Source: an uncultured Verrucomicrobiae bacterium (GTDB lineage: Bacteria; Verrucomicrobiota; Verrucomicrobiia; Limisphaerales; JAFGQR01). Taken from it: a stretch of 64,000 nt of DNA. Positions 42,354 to 52,578 of this stretch are shown piece after piece; position 1 is the stretch's first letter; the number at the start of each line of letters is the position of its first letter. The stretch is taken from positions 64,001 to 128,000 of the forward strand of contig CAWBHS010000072.1 of NCBI GenBank assembly GCA_963788655.1, read 5' to 3'. The notes below the pieces were generated by a model that was given only the letters and a program-made list of their open reading frames with translations, was not told the DNA's origin and made no database searches. Both the position numbers and the translations under genes were made by a program.

Positions 42354-43724
42354 TTAACGAGCGGCACTGGCCCTCGCCCCGGCGCGGATCTCCAGCAGTT
42401 CATTTTGCGGAATGTGCAACTGCCCCGCCATGGGCACGGATACTGACACAGTCCCGTCTTCCCATTGCACCGATGTCGCCCGCAAGTCGGAGCCATCCGC
42501 CGTTATCACCCGAAAGGCGGCCGGCGCGGGGACCGGGTCACGCAATAACACGGCGACCAGACCATCCTCCGCCCGCAGACTCCGGTAACCATAGAGCACC
42601 GAGTTGACTTTGACTGCCCCGCTGGCTAAGCTCCGAAACTCGCCTTCCAGGAATTCGCCGAAGCGCAGCAGCACCCCGAAGCGATTGGTCGGGAACTGGT
42701 CGGCGGGTGACGGTGGTTCCAAAATCAACCGGGCCACGTCCCGCGTTCGCACCCGCAGTTTCTGGCGCCGCTCCGAAAAATGCACCTCGTCATCATCCAC
42801 GGAAACCAACGGATCGGCGATCACGGTTCCATTCCGCAGGACAATTTGCGGCACGAAGGGCGTGTTTTCTTGCAGGCGCCGCACGGCGACGCAATCCAAC
42901 GCTGCTTGTGCCCGGGCATTCGCATCGCGGTTGAACAGCCCCAGTCCCACGTAAATCCTTTCCGGGATGCGCGGGTCTTCGCGCTGCACGTATTCCCAAT
43001 ACTGCCCGTCGCGCGACCGATAGCCGGTCAAAGTGTTGCCCTGCCGTCGCAGCTTCACCCAAAAGGGTGCCGCCAGACCGGCCAAGCCTTGTTCCAATCG
43101 CAGTCCCTTCCGCTTCTCCCAACGGTAGAACGTGCTGCCCCCGCCCTGGCGAATGCCCATCAGCACGCTCAATGAATCCGAATCCAAGCTCGTGCGAATA
43201 ACCACGCCGGCTACTGGCCGCCGACGGCGGTCGCGATCGAGCAGACCTTTAAACTCAGCGACGCGCGCCACGATTTCCCAGTCACCGCGAAACGCCTGGT
43301 ACACGAAATGAAACGCCTCACGATTAGCCGAGCCATGGCCGCGGCTGCATTCGAGACGAAATGTGCCATCCTGCCATTGCGCCTGGCCGGGCATTTCCAT
43401 TTCGCCAATGTCAGTATCCTGCCACGGCACGGGCAGACCGGCAGCATTCACCGCCACGTTGGTCGAGCCGTTGGTGGCGCTGGCCATGCTGAGCGAGTAA
43501 GCCTCCGCCTCGAAGGACAGGCGCCAGAGATTGGTCAACGCCACGCTGACCGCGTCGCTGTGATCGCTTACCACCACCAGCGTTGAGAGCGGCACAAAGC
43601 GCACTTCCCCGAGGAAATTGCGCCCATCGCGGGTCTGGACCAACGCGCCTCCAACCTCGGTGTTCGCTGAAAGCAGGAGCCACGCGACGCCCCAAACTAC
43701 ACCGATTGTTCCAAGCTTGGACAT
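42354..43724 (-). CDS. Secreted hypothetical protein with a central ConA-like beta-sandwich
   Basis: Signal peptide; PWQDTDIG...FHFVYQAFRGDWEIVARV...AGVVIR...PFWVKLRRQGNTLTGYRSRDG..W...IYVGL. Confidence 0.7.
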   Translation of the reverse strand: MSKLGTIGVVWGVAWLLLSANTEVGGALVQTRDGRNFLGEVRFVPLSTLVVVSDHSDAVSVALTNLWRLSFEAEAYSLSMASATNGSTNVAVNAAGLPVPWQDTDIGEMEMPGQAQWQDGTFRLECSRGHGSANREAFHFVYQAFRGDWEIVARVAEFKGLLDRDRRRRPVAGVVIRTSLDSDSLSVLMGIRQGGGSTFYRWEKRKGLRLEQGLAGLAAPFWVKLRRQGNTLTGYRSRDGQYWEYVQREDPRIPERIYVGLGLFNRDANARAQAALDCVAVRRLQENTPFVPQIVLRNGTVIADPLVSVDDDEVHFSERRQKLRVRTRDVARLILEPPSPADQFPTNRFGVLLRFGEFLEGEFRSLASGAVKVNSVLYGYRSLRAEDGLVAVLLRDPVPAPAAFRVITADGSDLRATSVQWEDGTVSVSVPMAGQLHIPQNELLEIRAGARASAAR

Positions 43725-43766
43725 AACACCGCCACGACCTTCCCCCAATCGCGGGTTCGCGCCAAA

Positions 43767-45314
43767 TCAAAACGTCGGGCCCAACGTCCAGGGCGCAAAT
43801 TCCTCGTCGCCCAGGCCGGCCTGTTCGCTCTTCGTTTGTTCGCCGCCGGCCACCGCGATAATTTTTTCCAGAATCCGCTGCCCCACTTGCGCGACCGTTT
43901 CCGTTCCGTCGAGAATGGTGCCGGCGTTCAAGTCCATGTCGTCCTCCATCCAACGATAGAGCGTGGAGTTGGTCGCGACTTTGATCGTTGGGGTGGGCTT
44001 GCAGCCGTACACGCTCCCCCGGCCGGTCGTGAACACCGCCACATTGCACCCGCCCGCCACCAGACCGGTCATGCTCACCGGGTCGTAACCCGGCGTATCC
44101 ATGAAACAAAACCCCGGCGTGGTGATGGGCTCGGCGTAACGGTAAACCGCCGCCAGTGGGGACTGCCCGCCCTTGGCCACCGCCCCCAGGCTCTTCTCAA
44201 AAATGGTCGTCAATCCTCCGGCCTTGTTGCCCTGGGTGGGATTGTTGTCGATCGTCGCTCCGTGGATGCGCACATGGTCTTCCCACCAGCGAATAATCTC
44301 GAGCAACTTCTCGCCGACGGCCGGCGACGCAGCCCGACGCGTCAATAAATGTTCGGCGCCATAAATCTCGGGCGTTTCCGCCAGCACCGCCGTGCCGCCA
44401 TAACGCACCAATTCATCCGCAGCCACTCCGAGGGCGGGATTGGCGGTGATGCCGCTGTTGCCATCCGAGCCGCCGCACTCCTCCGCGAGCATGAGCTGGC
44501 TGACAGGCTGACGCGAACGGCGGCAGGCGTTGGCTTGCGGCAGCAATTGCACGACTGCCGCCGCCGCGGCTTCAACGGTCTTGCGCACACCTCCGACATT
44601 TTGGATGTCCATGAAAACCGGCGCCGATTCTCCGACCCGGTCCAGAGCAAATTCCTGTCGCAACGCCTGCACCTGGTTGACCTCGCACCCGAGGCCGATC
44701 AGCACGTAGCCGGCGATATTGGGATGCCGTGCCAGGCCCGCAAACACTCGTTGCAGCATCCGCAACGGTTCCCCCGGTTGCAGGGCGCAGCCGGTTTTGT
44801 GCGTGAACGCCACGACGCCATTGACATTGGGAAAATCGTGTCGCAGCTCCGGCCCTTTGAAACGTTCGGCAACGTAACGCGCCACGGAGGCCGAACAATT
44901 GACGCTGGAAATGACGGCCAGATAATTGCGCGTGCCCACTCGTCCACCGGCCCGCGCGTAGCCCGGGAAGAAACGCTGCTGTTCCGGCGGATAATAGTTC
45001 ACCGGTCGAACGTCGCTGCCGATCTGGCAATCGCGCGAAAAATCCTTGGCCGCCAGGTTGTGGACGTGGACGTGTTCCCCCGGCGCAATCCGGCTCCGGG
45101 CAAAGCCAATGATTTGACCATACTTGATTACCGGCTGGCCTTCCGTTACTTCGCTCAGGGCGAGCTTGTGTCCGGCGGGAATGGGCTGAGCCGCAATGAT
45201 GCGAAGGGTGTCTCCGGCCAGGGGCGTGCCGGTTTTGAGCGGGCGCTTCAGCACCGCGACATTGTCGGCGGGGTGCAGGCGCAAGGCGTAATCATCAAAG
45301 CGCTCTTCGGTCAT
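43767..45314 (-). CDS. uxaA: Altronate/galactarate dehydratase family protein (SAF + UxaA/GarD)
   Basis: LHPADNVAV, IPAGHKLAL, HVHVHN, GTRNY, SSVNCS, GLGCE, CGGSD, NNPTQGNKAGGLTTIFEKSLG, FTTGRG. Confidence 0.9.
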   Translation of the reverse strand: MTEERFDDYALRLHPADNVAVLKRPLKTGTPLAGDTLRIIAAQPIPAGHKLALSEVTEGQPVIKYGQIIGFARSRIAPGEHVHVHNLAAKDFSRDCQIGSDVRPVNYYPPEQQRFFPGYARAGGRVGTRNYLAVISSVNCSASVARYVAERFKGPELRHDFPNVNGVVAFTHKTGCALQPGEPLRMLQRVFAGLARHPNIAGYVLIGLGCEVNQVQALRQEFALDRVGESAPVFMDIQNVGGVRKTVEAAAAAVVQLLPQANACRRSRQPVSQLMLAEECGGSDGNSGITANPALGVAADELVRYGGTAVLAETPEIYGAEHLLTRRAASPAVGEKLLEIIRWWEDHVRIHGATIDNNPTQGNKAGGLTTIFEKSLGAVAKGGQSPLAAVYRYAEPITTPGFCFMDTPGYDPVSMTGLVAGGCNVAVFTTGRGSVYGCKPTPTIKVATNSTLYRWMEDDMDLNAGTILDGTETVAQVGQRILEKIIAVAGGEQTKSEQAGLGDEEFAPWTLGPTF

Positions 45315-45324
45315 GGAACCGGTG

Positions 45325-46281
45325 CTACGCCCCAAAAACTCGCCGCACAAACTCCCGGCTCAAGCGATGGTTTTCGACGCCTGACCGCGTGACTTTGGTG
45401 CCGCCTTCCAAGGCCAGCTCCACCGTGAAGCGCCGCGCCAGGTGGTGGGCTTTGGCGTATTTGGCCACCGCGGCATAGTCGATGTCCCCCGTGTCCAGGA
45501 TTTCATACCAAACCCCATTTCGGCTTTGGCGAAGGTGCCAGGTGACTATTCGGTTGCCATATTGCTGGAGCACGTCCATGGGCATCAGGCCGCCCTTCCA
45601 CACCCAGTGGACATCGTAGCACAAGCCCACCAGGTCGGGCTTCGTGTGATCGTAATTGTAATGGAACTCGCGGGCATGATTGGCCATGGCGGGCAAATGA
45701 TTGTGAATGCCCAATTGCATGCCCAATTCCTTGAGTCCCTCGCCCAGCTTGGTCAGCGCCTTGACTTGGGTCTGAAGTTCCGCGTCGGTTTTTTCGCGGC
45801 CGATGGGATCGGGATTGCAACTGATCACCTCGAAGCCAGCCTGGCGGCACACCTTGGCGGCGGCCAGCAAGCGGGCCACCGTGTCATCGGCCTTGCCGGC
45901 TTCGTGCAAGCGGGCGCCGGTGTACAGGCTGACCGGTTTGAGGCCCTTGGCTTTCAGTTGATCGGCAAACACGGCGCAATTCTCCGGTCGGCCCACGTCC
46001 ATAAAATTCTCCAGGTAATCGTAGCCCGCGTCGCGCAACGCCGAAATCACGTCCTCGATATTCAACGGTTTCTTGTCGCGCTGCGCATATTGGGTCCAGC
46101 CGTAAATGTTTGAGCCCACCAAAGCTTTTTGGCTCGTTGCCGTTGGCTGGTCGGCTGCGAGCAAGCGGGCAACGGCGCCGGTATGGGCGGCCGCGGCACC
46201 CAGCACGAGGGCGGAGCCGGTTTGGCGAATGAAATGGCGGCGAGACTGACGAAGCGGATGCATCTGGATTGACTGTTTCAT
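45325..46281 (-). CDS. Tat-exported sugar phosphate isomerase/epimerase (AP endonuclease 2 TIM barrel)
   Basis: SRRHFI Tat motif; HNH, YDVHWV, HLRQ, GDIDY, VEL. Confidence 0.85.
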   Translation of the reverse strand: MKQSIQMHPLRQSRRHFIRQTGSALVLGAAAAHTGAVARLLAADQPTATSQKALVGSNIYGWTQYAQRDKKPLNIEDVISALRDAGYDYLENFMDVGRPENCAVFADQLKAKGLKPVSLYTGARLHEAGKADDTVARLLAAAKVCRQAGFEVISCNPDPIGREKTDAELQTQVKALTKLGEGLKELGMQLGIHNHLPAMANHAREFHYNYDHTKPDLVGLCYDVHWVWKGGLMPMDVLQQYGNRIVTWHLRQSRNGVWYEILDTGDIDYAAVAKYAKAHHLARRFTVELALEGGTKVTRSGVENHRLSREFVRRVFGA

Positions 46282-46650
46282 GACGTGATTCAACGCCGCG
46301 GGCCAGGTTTTGGCCACAAAAATCTAATACGCCGGAGAAGGCCAAGGACCAAGCATCAAGAACCAAAGAATGATCGAGGTCCAAGTGCCACTGCCAAGTC
46401 TGGTCTCAAACGACTACGGTCCAGTCCCGCGTCCTGAATTCACTGGCTGATCACAAGGCTGGAACAGAAGAGTTGGATGGTATGACCACATGCGCCCTCT
46501 TTTGCCCATTGCCAAGCATACATTTACTTGGGAACCGCGTGCGGTCTATTCCAGAATTATCTCTAAGAACAAGAAAAACTTTGGTACCTGGACCAGACGC
46601 GCAGGGCAATCGTTCGTTTCCAAGATTGCTGTCGCCAATCGATCCGCACT

Positions 46651-47328
46651 TCAAGGTTTGACCTTGTTGCGCAGGATGACTTTGCCATTGGTGACTTGAA
46701 TGCTTTCGAATTTCGCCACCAGGGACGCCGCTTTCGGATCCTTCGCGATCTCCGAGGCGAAATTCTCCTTCTTCAATTCGGACATGATCAGTCCGGGCAA
46801 CGGTTTGCCTTTGACTTCCAAGTGTTCAATTTGCAGCCGGAGCGTGTCGTTCTGCAACCAAACCTTCAGGATCGCCTGCCCGTTCAGGTAGCGGCCTTTG
46901 AGTTTCAACGGCCCCAGATCTTGCAGGGGAATGCTGACAAGGCCTTGGAGCCGATCTCCGTCGATATTCACAAATATTTTTGGCGCGTTTGTTTCTCCGG
47001 CGGTTTTTTCCTCGATCAGCGCATTGATTTCATCGGCTGACAAAACCAGTTCCTGCGCGTTGGTTGGCGCGTCCAGCGCGGCTTCAAAGGCATCGACGCG
47101 GGCCTTCAGTTCCTGGAGGTGCGTGGGGGAAAGCTCCACCGTGGGCAGGGTCTCAGGTGCTGGAGCGGTGTATTTGAGCGCTAAATCCTGGGCCGAGCGC
47201 ATGGCATACCGAATTGCAAAATATCCTCCGACTGCGGCGATGAGGACACAGATTGCCAGAGTTAGACATCCGTAAAAGAGACATCCCCGTTTTTTGGTTG
47301 CCGCCGTTTGCATGCGACTATTCTGCAA
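46651..47328 (-). CDS. Membrane-anchored hypothetical protein
   Basis: KKRGCLFYGCL followed by one TM helix and a soluble domain (LVLSADEINALI). Confidence 0.7.
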   Translation of the reverse strand: MQNSRMQTAATKKRGCLFYGCLTLAICVLIAAVGGYFAIRYAMRSAQDLALKYTAPAPETLPTVELSPTHLQELKARVDAFEAALDAPTNAQELVLSADEINALIEEKTAGETNAPKIFVNIDGDRLQGLVSIPLQDLGPLKLKGRYLNGQAILKVWLQNDTLRLQIEHLEVKGKPLPGLIMSELKKENFASEIAKDPKAASLVAKFESIQVTNGKVILRNKVKP

Positions 47329-47553
47329 ATGGCCCGTGTCCTGGCAAGCTCTGTGTTTGCGAGCACTGTCTTCGATCTTCCACTGCGGGGGCGCTCCTCT
47401 CGGACGGAAGGCTCTTCCCCGGGGTCGGAAACGTTGGCGGGAGCCTGATCAAAATGCAGGGCATCCCATTGTCGTTGCTCGACAAGGATTCCGACAGAGA
47501 ACCAACCGTCTCCGCGAGTTCGGCTACGATACCGGCACCAACCGCTGGGTGGA

Positions 47554-49059
47554 TTAGAGTGAGTTCTGCGGAGCGGACGGGGGGGTGGCGTTGGGTTTCG
47601 GAACGGCTGTCGAGTATTCCGGCAGGACTTCTCGTTGGGGCTCCGGAAGCCAGAAGGAAGCCACGAGTCCCACCAAGTAAACAAAGAACGCTACGCCGGC
47701 GGCGGTGTAAGCCAGTTTGGCTGGGGCGAAAGCGTGATTCGAAGTGGCGGCGATGGTGGTGGTGACCCAGGCAAACGACGTGCCGATCATGCGCCCGCCT
47801 ATGTTGGCCGCAAAACTTTCACCGGTGCCGCGCAGGTGGAGGGGATACACGCGGGGCAGGTAGTTGCCCCAAAAACTGAATTGCCCCACAGTTAACAACC
47901 CGGCCAGAAACATCCCGACATAAAGCCAGCGCAAACTGGTGACGGCTGCGACGGCGAAAACCAGCGGCAAAATCACCAATCCGGGCACTTGAAACAGCCG
48001 CAATAACTTCTGCCGGCTCACCAAGCGCACGACCAAAATGGCCAATAACACCCGGCCGACCAAGCCACCGATCTCCTGCACTTTGGCCACACTGGACGCC
48101 ACCGACTGCTCAACCCGTTTTTGTTCCCGTGGCGGTTTGCCCGCAACCATCTCCTTGACTTCCGATAAACCTGGAATCATCCGCGGCATGTGCTGAATGG
48201 CTCCGAATGCCGCCCCATACGAGCATGCGAAAATCAGAGTAGTGATCAACGTCGTTCGCCGGAGTTGCGGCGAAAACAACTCGGCCAGGCTGGGCCGTTG
48301 CAACGTTCCTTCTTCGTGCTTTTGACGCCAAGCCGGGGACTCCGGCAGGAAGGGCCGGATGAGAATCAAAGGGATGGCCGGCACCAAGCCCGAGATCAAC
48401 GTGTAACGCCACGCCGCCTGCGGATCTTTGATGGCGCCCCCAAAGAAGTTTAACCAGTCGGGTAAGTGCAACGCCGGGAGGGTCAGAGCGGGAAAAGTAA
48501 GCTCTCCCAACAGGGCGTATGGTTTGCCCGCCGACCAAGCCACCGCCAGACCGTTGGCCACCGCCACCAGCAGCCCGCCGATCGACGAAAAGGCTTGCGT
48601 GTATCCCAGCACGTTTTCGCGCTGTTTGGGATGCGGAAACAATTCGGCCAACCAGGCGACCGCTGCCACAAACTCGACGCACACGCCCACAAATGTTGTG
48701 CAGCGGAAGAACAACAACATACCCGGGGTGGTCGAAAATCCGGCGGCAAACGCCGAAAACGCATACACCAGAATGCTGTACGTGAGCACCCGCCGCCGTC
48801 CAAACCGGTCCGTCAACCAGCCGCCCAGCAACCCAAAAGCACCCCCGGTAATTGCCGGCAGAAAGAACAACAAACCGACCCAGTGACTGAACTCGGGGCT
48901 GCCCGGCACGGCGCCGATAAGTTCCTGGAGTGCCGGACGGACGATCAACGGCAGCATGAGCAACTCGTAAATGTCAAAGGCAAACCCGATGACGGCGATG
49001 AAACATACCAGCCATTGAATGGGCGTCAGTCGGTTTGGCCCTGTTTGCGTGTGACTCAT
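47554..49059 (-). CDS. MFS transporter
   Basis: GFAFDIYE, GGWLTDRFGRRRVL (motif A), PESPAW, YPLHLRGTG; start MSHTQ. Confidence 0.92.
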   Translation of the reverse strand: MSHTQTGPNRLTPIQWLVCFIAVIGFAFDIYELLMLPLIVRPALQELIGAVPGSPEFSHWVGLLFFLPAITGGAFGLLGGWLTDRFGRRRVLTYSILVYAFSAFAAGFSTTPGMLLFFRCTTFVGVCVEFVAAVAWLAELFPHPKQRENVLGYTQAFSSIGGLLVAVANGLAVAWSAGKPYALLGELTFPALTLPALHLPDWLNFFGGAIKDPQAAWRYTLISGLVPAIPLILIRPFLPESPAWRQKHEEGTLQRPSLAELFSPQLRRTTLITTLIFACSYGAAFGAIQHMPRMIPGLSEVKEMVAGKPPREQKRVEQSVASSVAKVQEIGGLVGRVLLAILVVRLVSRQKLLRLFQVPGLVILPLVFAVAAVTSLRWLYVGMFLAGLLTVGQFSFWGNYLPRVYPLHLRGTGESFAANIGGRMIGTSFAWVTTTIAATSNHAFAPAKLAYTAAGVAFFVYLVGLVASFWLPEPQREVLPEYSTAVPKPNATPPSAPQNSL

Positions 49060-49169
49060 AGGTCGAATTTTTATCATTAATGGTTCGAAGTAACAAGTGA
49101 CTTTGTGCGGCGGGGTGTGCCTGTCCATGTTTGCCCATCCGAAGTGCCCTGGGGCATAAATACGTTGAC

Positions 49170-49304
49170 GTGGCGCCGACTTCCAGCCTGCCGTATCGCG
49201 GAGTTCCAATCCGCTGGCCGCACGCCCACCGTGGTCCACGCCGAATTCTTCCACGCGCTGCCGACTGGAAGTCGGCGAGACAGCAGGTGGGAAACCGGCG
49301 CTAC
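49170..49304. repeat. Inverted REP-like pair in the divergent intergenic region
   Basis: GTGGCGCCGACTTCCAGCCTGCCGTATCGCGGAGTTCCAATCCGC ... GCCGACTGGAAGTCGGCGAGACAGCAGGTGGGAAACCGGCGCTAC. Confidence 0.7.
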
Positions 49305-49455
49305 GAGACGTCGCCCGGCAATACGTCACCGAACTTACGCCCCGAACCACTCAGTGACGATCTTTCAGCCGCGCCCGATGCTCATCCATGAGCCCCCGGA
49401 CAGCGCTTCCGCGTTAAACGATGGCGGAGCGACGCCTCCTGCGCTATGGTCTGTC

Positions 49456-50514
49456 ATGTTTGTGAAAGGAATCGGCACCGCAGTTCCCCCGTCGCACTAC
49501 ACGCAAGCCGAATGTTGGGAAGCGTTGCGAGCCGCGCCTGAATACGCGGAGTTGACCACCCGTTCCCGGGCCCTCCTGCGGAAAGTGCTCTTGGGCGACA
49601 ATGGCATCGAGCGACGTTACCTGGCACTGGATCCATTGGCTGAGGCGTTTTGCTTGACGCCTGATGCGATGCACCATCGCTTTCTCAAGCATGCGCCGAC
49701 ACTCGCGGCGAAGGCCGCCGAGCGGGCGCTGCGGCAGGCCGGTGTCGCGACACAAGAAATCGATGCCCTCATCATCAGCACCTGCACCGGGTATTTGTGT
49801 CCGGGGCTCACGAGTTACGTCAGCGAGCGTCTCGGATTGCGCAGCGACACGCTGGGATTGGATTTGGTGGGACAGGGGTGCGGCGCGGCGTTGCCGAACT
49901 TGCGAACGGCCGCCGCGTTGTTGGCGGCCGGCAATTGCGCGAACGCGTTGTGCGTCTGTGTGGAGGTGTGCAGCGCGGCGTTCTATGTGGACGATGATCC
50001 CGGCGTGCTGGTCAGCGCCTGCCTCTTCGGTGACGGCGCGGCGGCGGTGGTGGTGTCGGGGCAACCATCGGGGGTTGGACGGCGGATTGCGTGGAGGGAC
50101 GCGGAGTCCCTGCTGAGCCCGGCGGATCGCGACGGCCTGCGCTTCGAACAACGCAATGGCATGCTGCGGAACATTCTGACGCGCCAAGTGCCGGCCCTGG
50201 CGGCCCGGCATGCCGAGACGGTGCTGAGCACGGCGTTGGCGCGCGCACATGTCAACCGGACCGAACTCACCGGTTGGATCCTGCACGCCGCCGGCCGGGA
50301 CGTGCTACTGGCGCTGCGGGAACGGTGGGGATTGGCCAACGAGGATTTGCGCTGGAGTGCGGCAGTGTTGCGCGAACACGGCAACATGAGCAGCGCCAGC
50401 GTGCTGTTCGTGCTCGCGGCGGCACTGACGGCCGGCGCCCCGGGCGGCTGGTGGTGGATGTCGTCCTTTGGCGCCGGCTTCACCTGCCATGGCGCCTTGT
50501 GGGAAGTCGAGTAA
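49456..50514 (+). CDS. Type III polyketide synthase (chalcone/stilbene synthase family)
   Basis: Cys-His-Asn triad GQGCG, ILHAAG, HGNMSSAS; STCTG; LFGDGAAA; FGAGF. Confidence 0.93.
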   Translation: MFVKGIGTAVPPSHYTQAECWEALRAAPEYAELTTRSRALLRKVLLGDNGIERRYLALDPLAEAFCLTPDAMHHRFLKHAPTLAAKAAERALRQAGVATQEIDALIISTCTGYLCPGLTSYVSERLGLRSDTLGLDLVGQGCGAALPNLRTAAALLAAGNCANALCVCVEVCSAAFYVDDDPGVLVSACLFGDGAAAVVVSGQPSGVGRRIAWRDAESLLSPADRDGLRFEQRNGMLRNILTRQVPALAARHAETVLSTALARAHVNRTELTGWILHAAGRDVLLALRERWGLANEDLRWSAAVLREHGNMSSASVLFVLAAALTAGAPGGWWWMSSFGAGFTCHGALWEVE

Positions 50515-50555
50515 ACCGCGCATCACCCTGCGAAAATCGTTGATTGTTTTTACGC

Positions 50556-51260
50556 ATGACCTCTCGTTTCGTTCAACCCGAATTACTGGATGAACTCCCC
50601 CCCACCAGTCCCGACGCTTTGCGATCACGGCGTGACATCAACCGCATCAACGCCTGGCTGGGCCACGCGCGTTACTTCGCGCGCGCGCTGCGGGAATCCT
50701 CGCGGGCGGCGCCGCTTCGGCGAGTGGCGGACCTTGGTGGTGGCGACGGCACGTTTTTACTCCGCGTTGCCCGGCGCCTTGACGGTCTCGAACCCCCGAA
50801 GGAAGTGACCTTGGTGGATACGCACCCGATGGTTTCCGCCGCCACCCGCGATGCGTTGCGTGCCCGGGGGTGGTCACTGCATTGCGTCCGCGCGAACGTG
50901 CTTGATTGGATTCGTAACGAAGGGGCTTCGAATTATGACATCCTGCTGGCCAACCTGTTCCTGCACCATTGCTCGGCCGAACAGCTCCGGGCTCTCTTCA
51001 CCGCCGCGGCGCAACGCACCCGACGGTTGGTTGCGGGTGAACCCGCGCGGCGTCCTGGTGCGCGGCTCGGCGCCTCGCTGCTCTGGCTGCTTGGCTGCAA
51101 TCACGTCACGCGTCACGACGCCCGCGTCAGCATCTGCGCCGGTTTTCGGGGACGCGAACTCTCGACATTGTGGCCTGGCGACGGTGAGTGGCAGTTGCAA
51201 GAAAAGCCCAGCGGATTGTTCAGCCACTTCTTTTATGCCTGGAGGGCTGACGCGAAATAA
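50556..51260 (+). CDS. SAM-dependent methyltransferase
   Basis: PELLDE, ADLGGGDG, ANLFLHH, VTRHDARVSI.AGF. Confidence 0.88.
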   Translation: MTSRFVQPELLDELPPTSPDALRSRRDINRINAWLGHARYFARALRESSRAAPLRRVADLGGGDGTFLLRVARRLDGLEPPKEVTLVDTHPMVSAATRDALRARGWSLHCVRANVLDWIRNEGASNYDILLANLFLHHCSAEQLRALFTAAAQRTRRLVAGEPARRPGARLGASLLWLLGCNHVTRHDARVSICAGFRGRELSTLWPGDGEWQLQEKPSGLFSHFFYAWRADAK

Positions 51261-51281
51261 GTGCCATGCGATGAACGTGCC

Positions 51282-52322
51282 ATGACCTCGCGCCAACCCA
51301 TCACGATCGTCGGCGGCGGACTGGCTGGGCTTGCCTTGGGTCTGGCATTGCGCCGGCGCCAGGTGCCGGTCACGCTGTGGGAAGCCGGACATTATCCGCG
51401 GCACCGCGTCTGTGGCGAATTCATCAATGGCCGGGGGGTGCAAACCCTTGAGCGACTGGGGATGCTTGAACTAGTATTGCAAGCTGGCGCCCATTGGGCT
51501 CGCGAGGTTGCCTTCTTCGCCACCGACGAATTGCAACTCAAGCGTTCGCTCCCGCGACCGGCTTTGTGTGTGTCGCGTTACGTATTGGATGATTTGTTGG
51601 CGCGCGAGTTTCGCCGGTCGGGCGGCGAGCTGCTGGAGGGCCGGCGGTGGACGGCGAGTACGTCCGGGAACGGTATTGTCCGGGCCAATGGCCGGCGACT
51701 CCAAGCGGTGGTGCGCGGGTGGCGTTGGCTGGCGCTGAAGGTGCATGTTGGCGAGGTTCCACTTGCCGCTGACCTGGAAATGCATTTGTCGTCCGACGGC
51801 TACGCTGGTTTGTCGCGCGCCAACGGCGCCATCAATGTCTGCGGATTGTTTCGGAGCCGCGGACCCTGGCCTCAACTGCGTGAGCATTGGCGCGCGTTCT
51901 TGTTTGGGCCGCCGGATTCCCCGCGGCACTGTCGGCTGAGCCAGGCCGAGTTGGACGACAATTCGTTTTGTTCGATTGCTGGATTGTCCGTGGAACCGCG
52001 GCTGGCCATCGATGACGATTCGTTGGCAGTGGGCGATGCGTTGACGATGATTCCGCCCATCACCGGCAACGGCATGTCCATGGCCTTCGAATCGGCTGAG
52101 CTCGCCGCCCACGCGCTTGAACCATATTGCGAGGGAGAGCAATCCTGGGCGTCCGCGCGCCAGCGGTATGCCCGCCGATGCCGTCAACAATTTGGGTCGC
52201 GACTGGTGGCCGCGGCGCTGTTGCACCGGGTCATGTTCGCTCGCGGGGCGCGACACTTCCTGGCGGCATTTCTGAAACACTGCCCGTGGATGTGGCGGAT
52301 CGGCTTTCAATTAACGCGATAA
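51282..52322 (+). CDS. FAD-dependent oxidoreductase/monooxygenase
   Basis: IVGGGLAG, YPRHRVCGEF, VGDALTMIPPITGNGMSMA. Confidence 0.88.
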   Translation: MTSRQPITIVGGGLAGLALGLALRRRQVPVTLWEAGHYPRHRVCGEFINGRGVQTLERLGMLELVLQAGAHWAREVAFFATDELQLKRSLPRPALCVSRYVLDDLLAREFRRSGGELLEGRRWTASTSGNGIVRANGRRLQAVVRGWRWLALKVHVGEVPLAADLEMHLSSDGYAGLSRANGAINVCGLFRSRGPWPQLREHWRAFLFGPPDSPRHCRLSQAELDDNSFCSIAGLSVEPRLAIDDDSLAVGDALTMIPPITGNGMSMAFESAELAAHALEPYCEGEQSWASARQRYARRCRQQFGSRLVAAALLHRVMFARGARHFLAAFLKHCPWMWRIGFQLTR

Positions 52323-52578
52323 GCTGAGCTTGGAATGTGGTTTTTTGGATGGCGCAATATATGGTTAGTGAAGGTTAATTAATGTATAGCCTATCTTGGC
52401 GGCCACCTTTACCAATATTGCTGTGCTCAACAACTCATACTGTCGGTTAGCGGTACCCGATTGGGGAAATGAGGCTATTGTTCTTGATGACTTCCGGTTC
52501 GAATCAAAGTACTAAATGGGCTTCGTTCACGTCTTGTCATCTTTAAGCCAGTCACCGCGTTACTAAACTCTGGATGCT

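Noticed and set aside
52323..52578. FNR or Rex operator in the AT-rich region upstream of the hydrogenase
   Set aside because: TTGAT and ATCAA half-sites are not at N4 spacing and there is no full Rex palindrome
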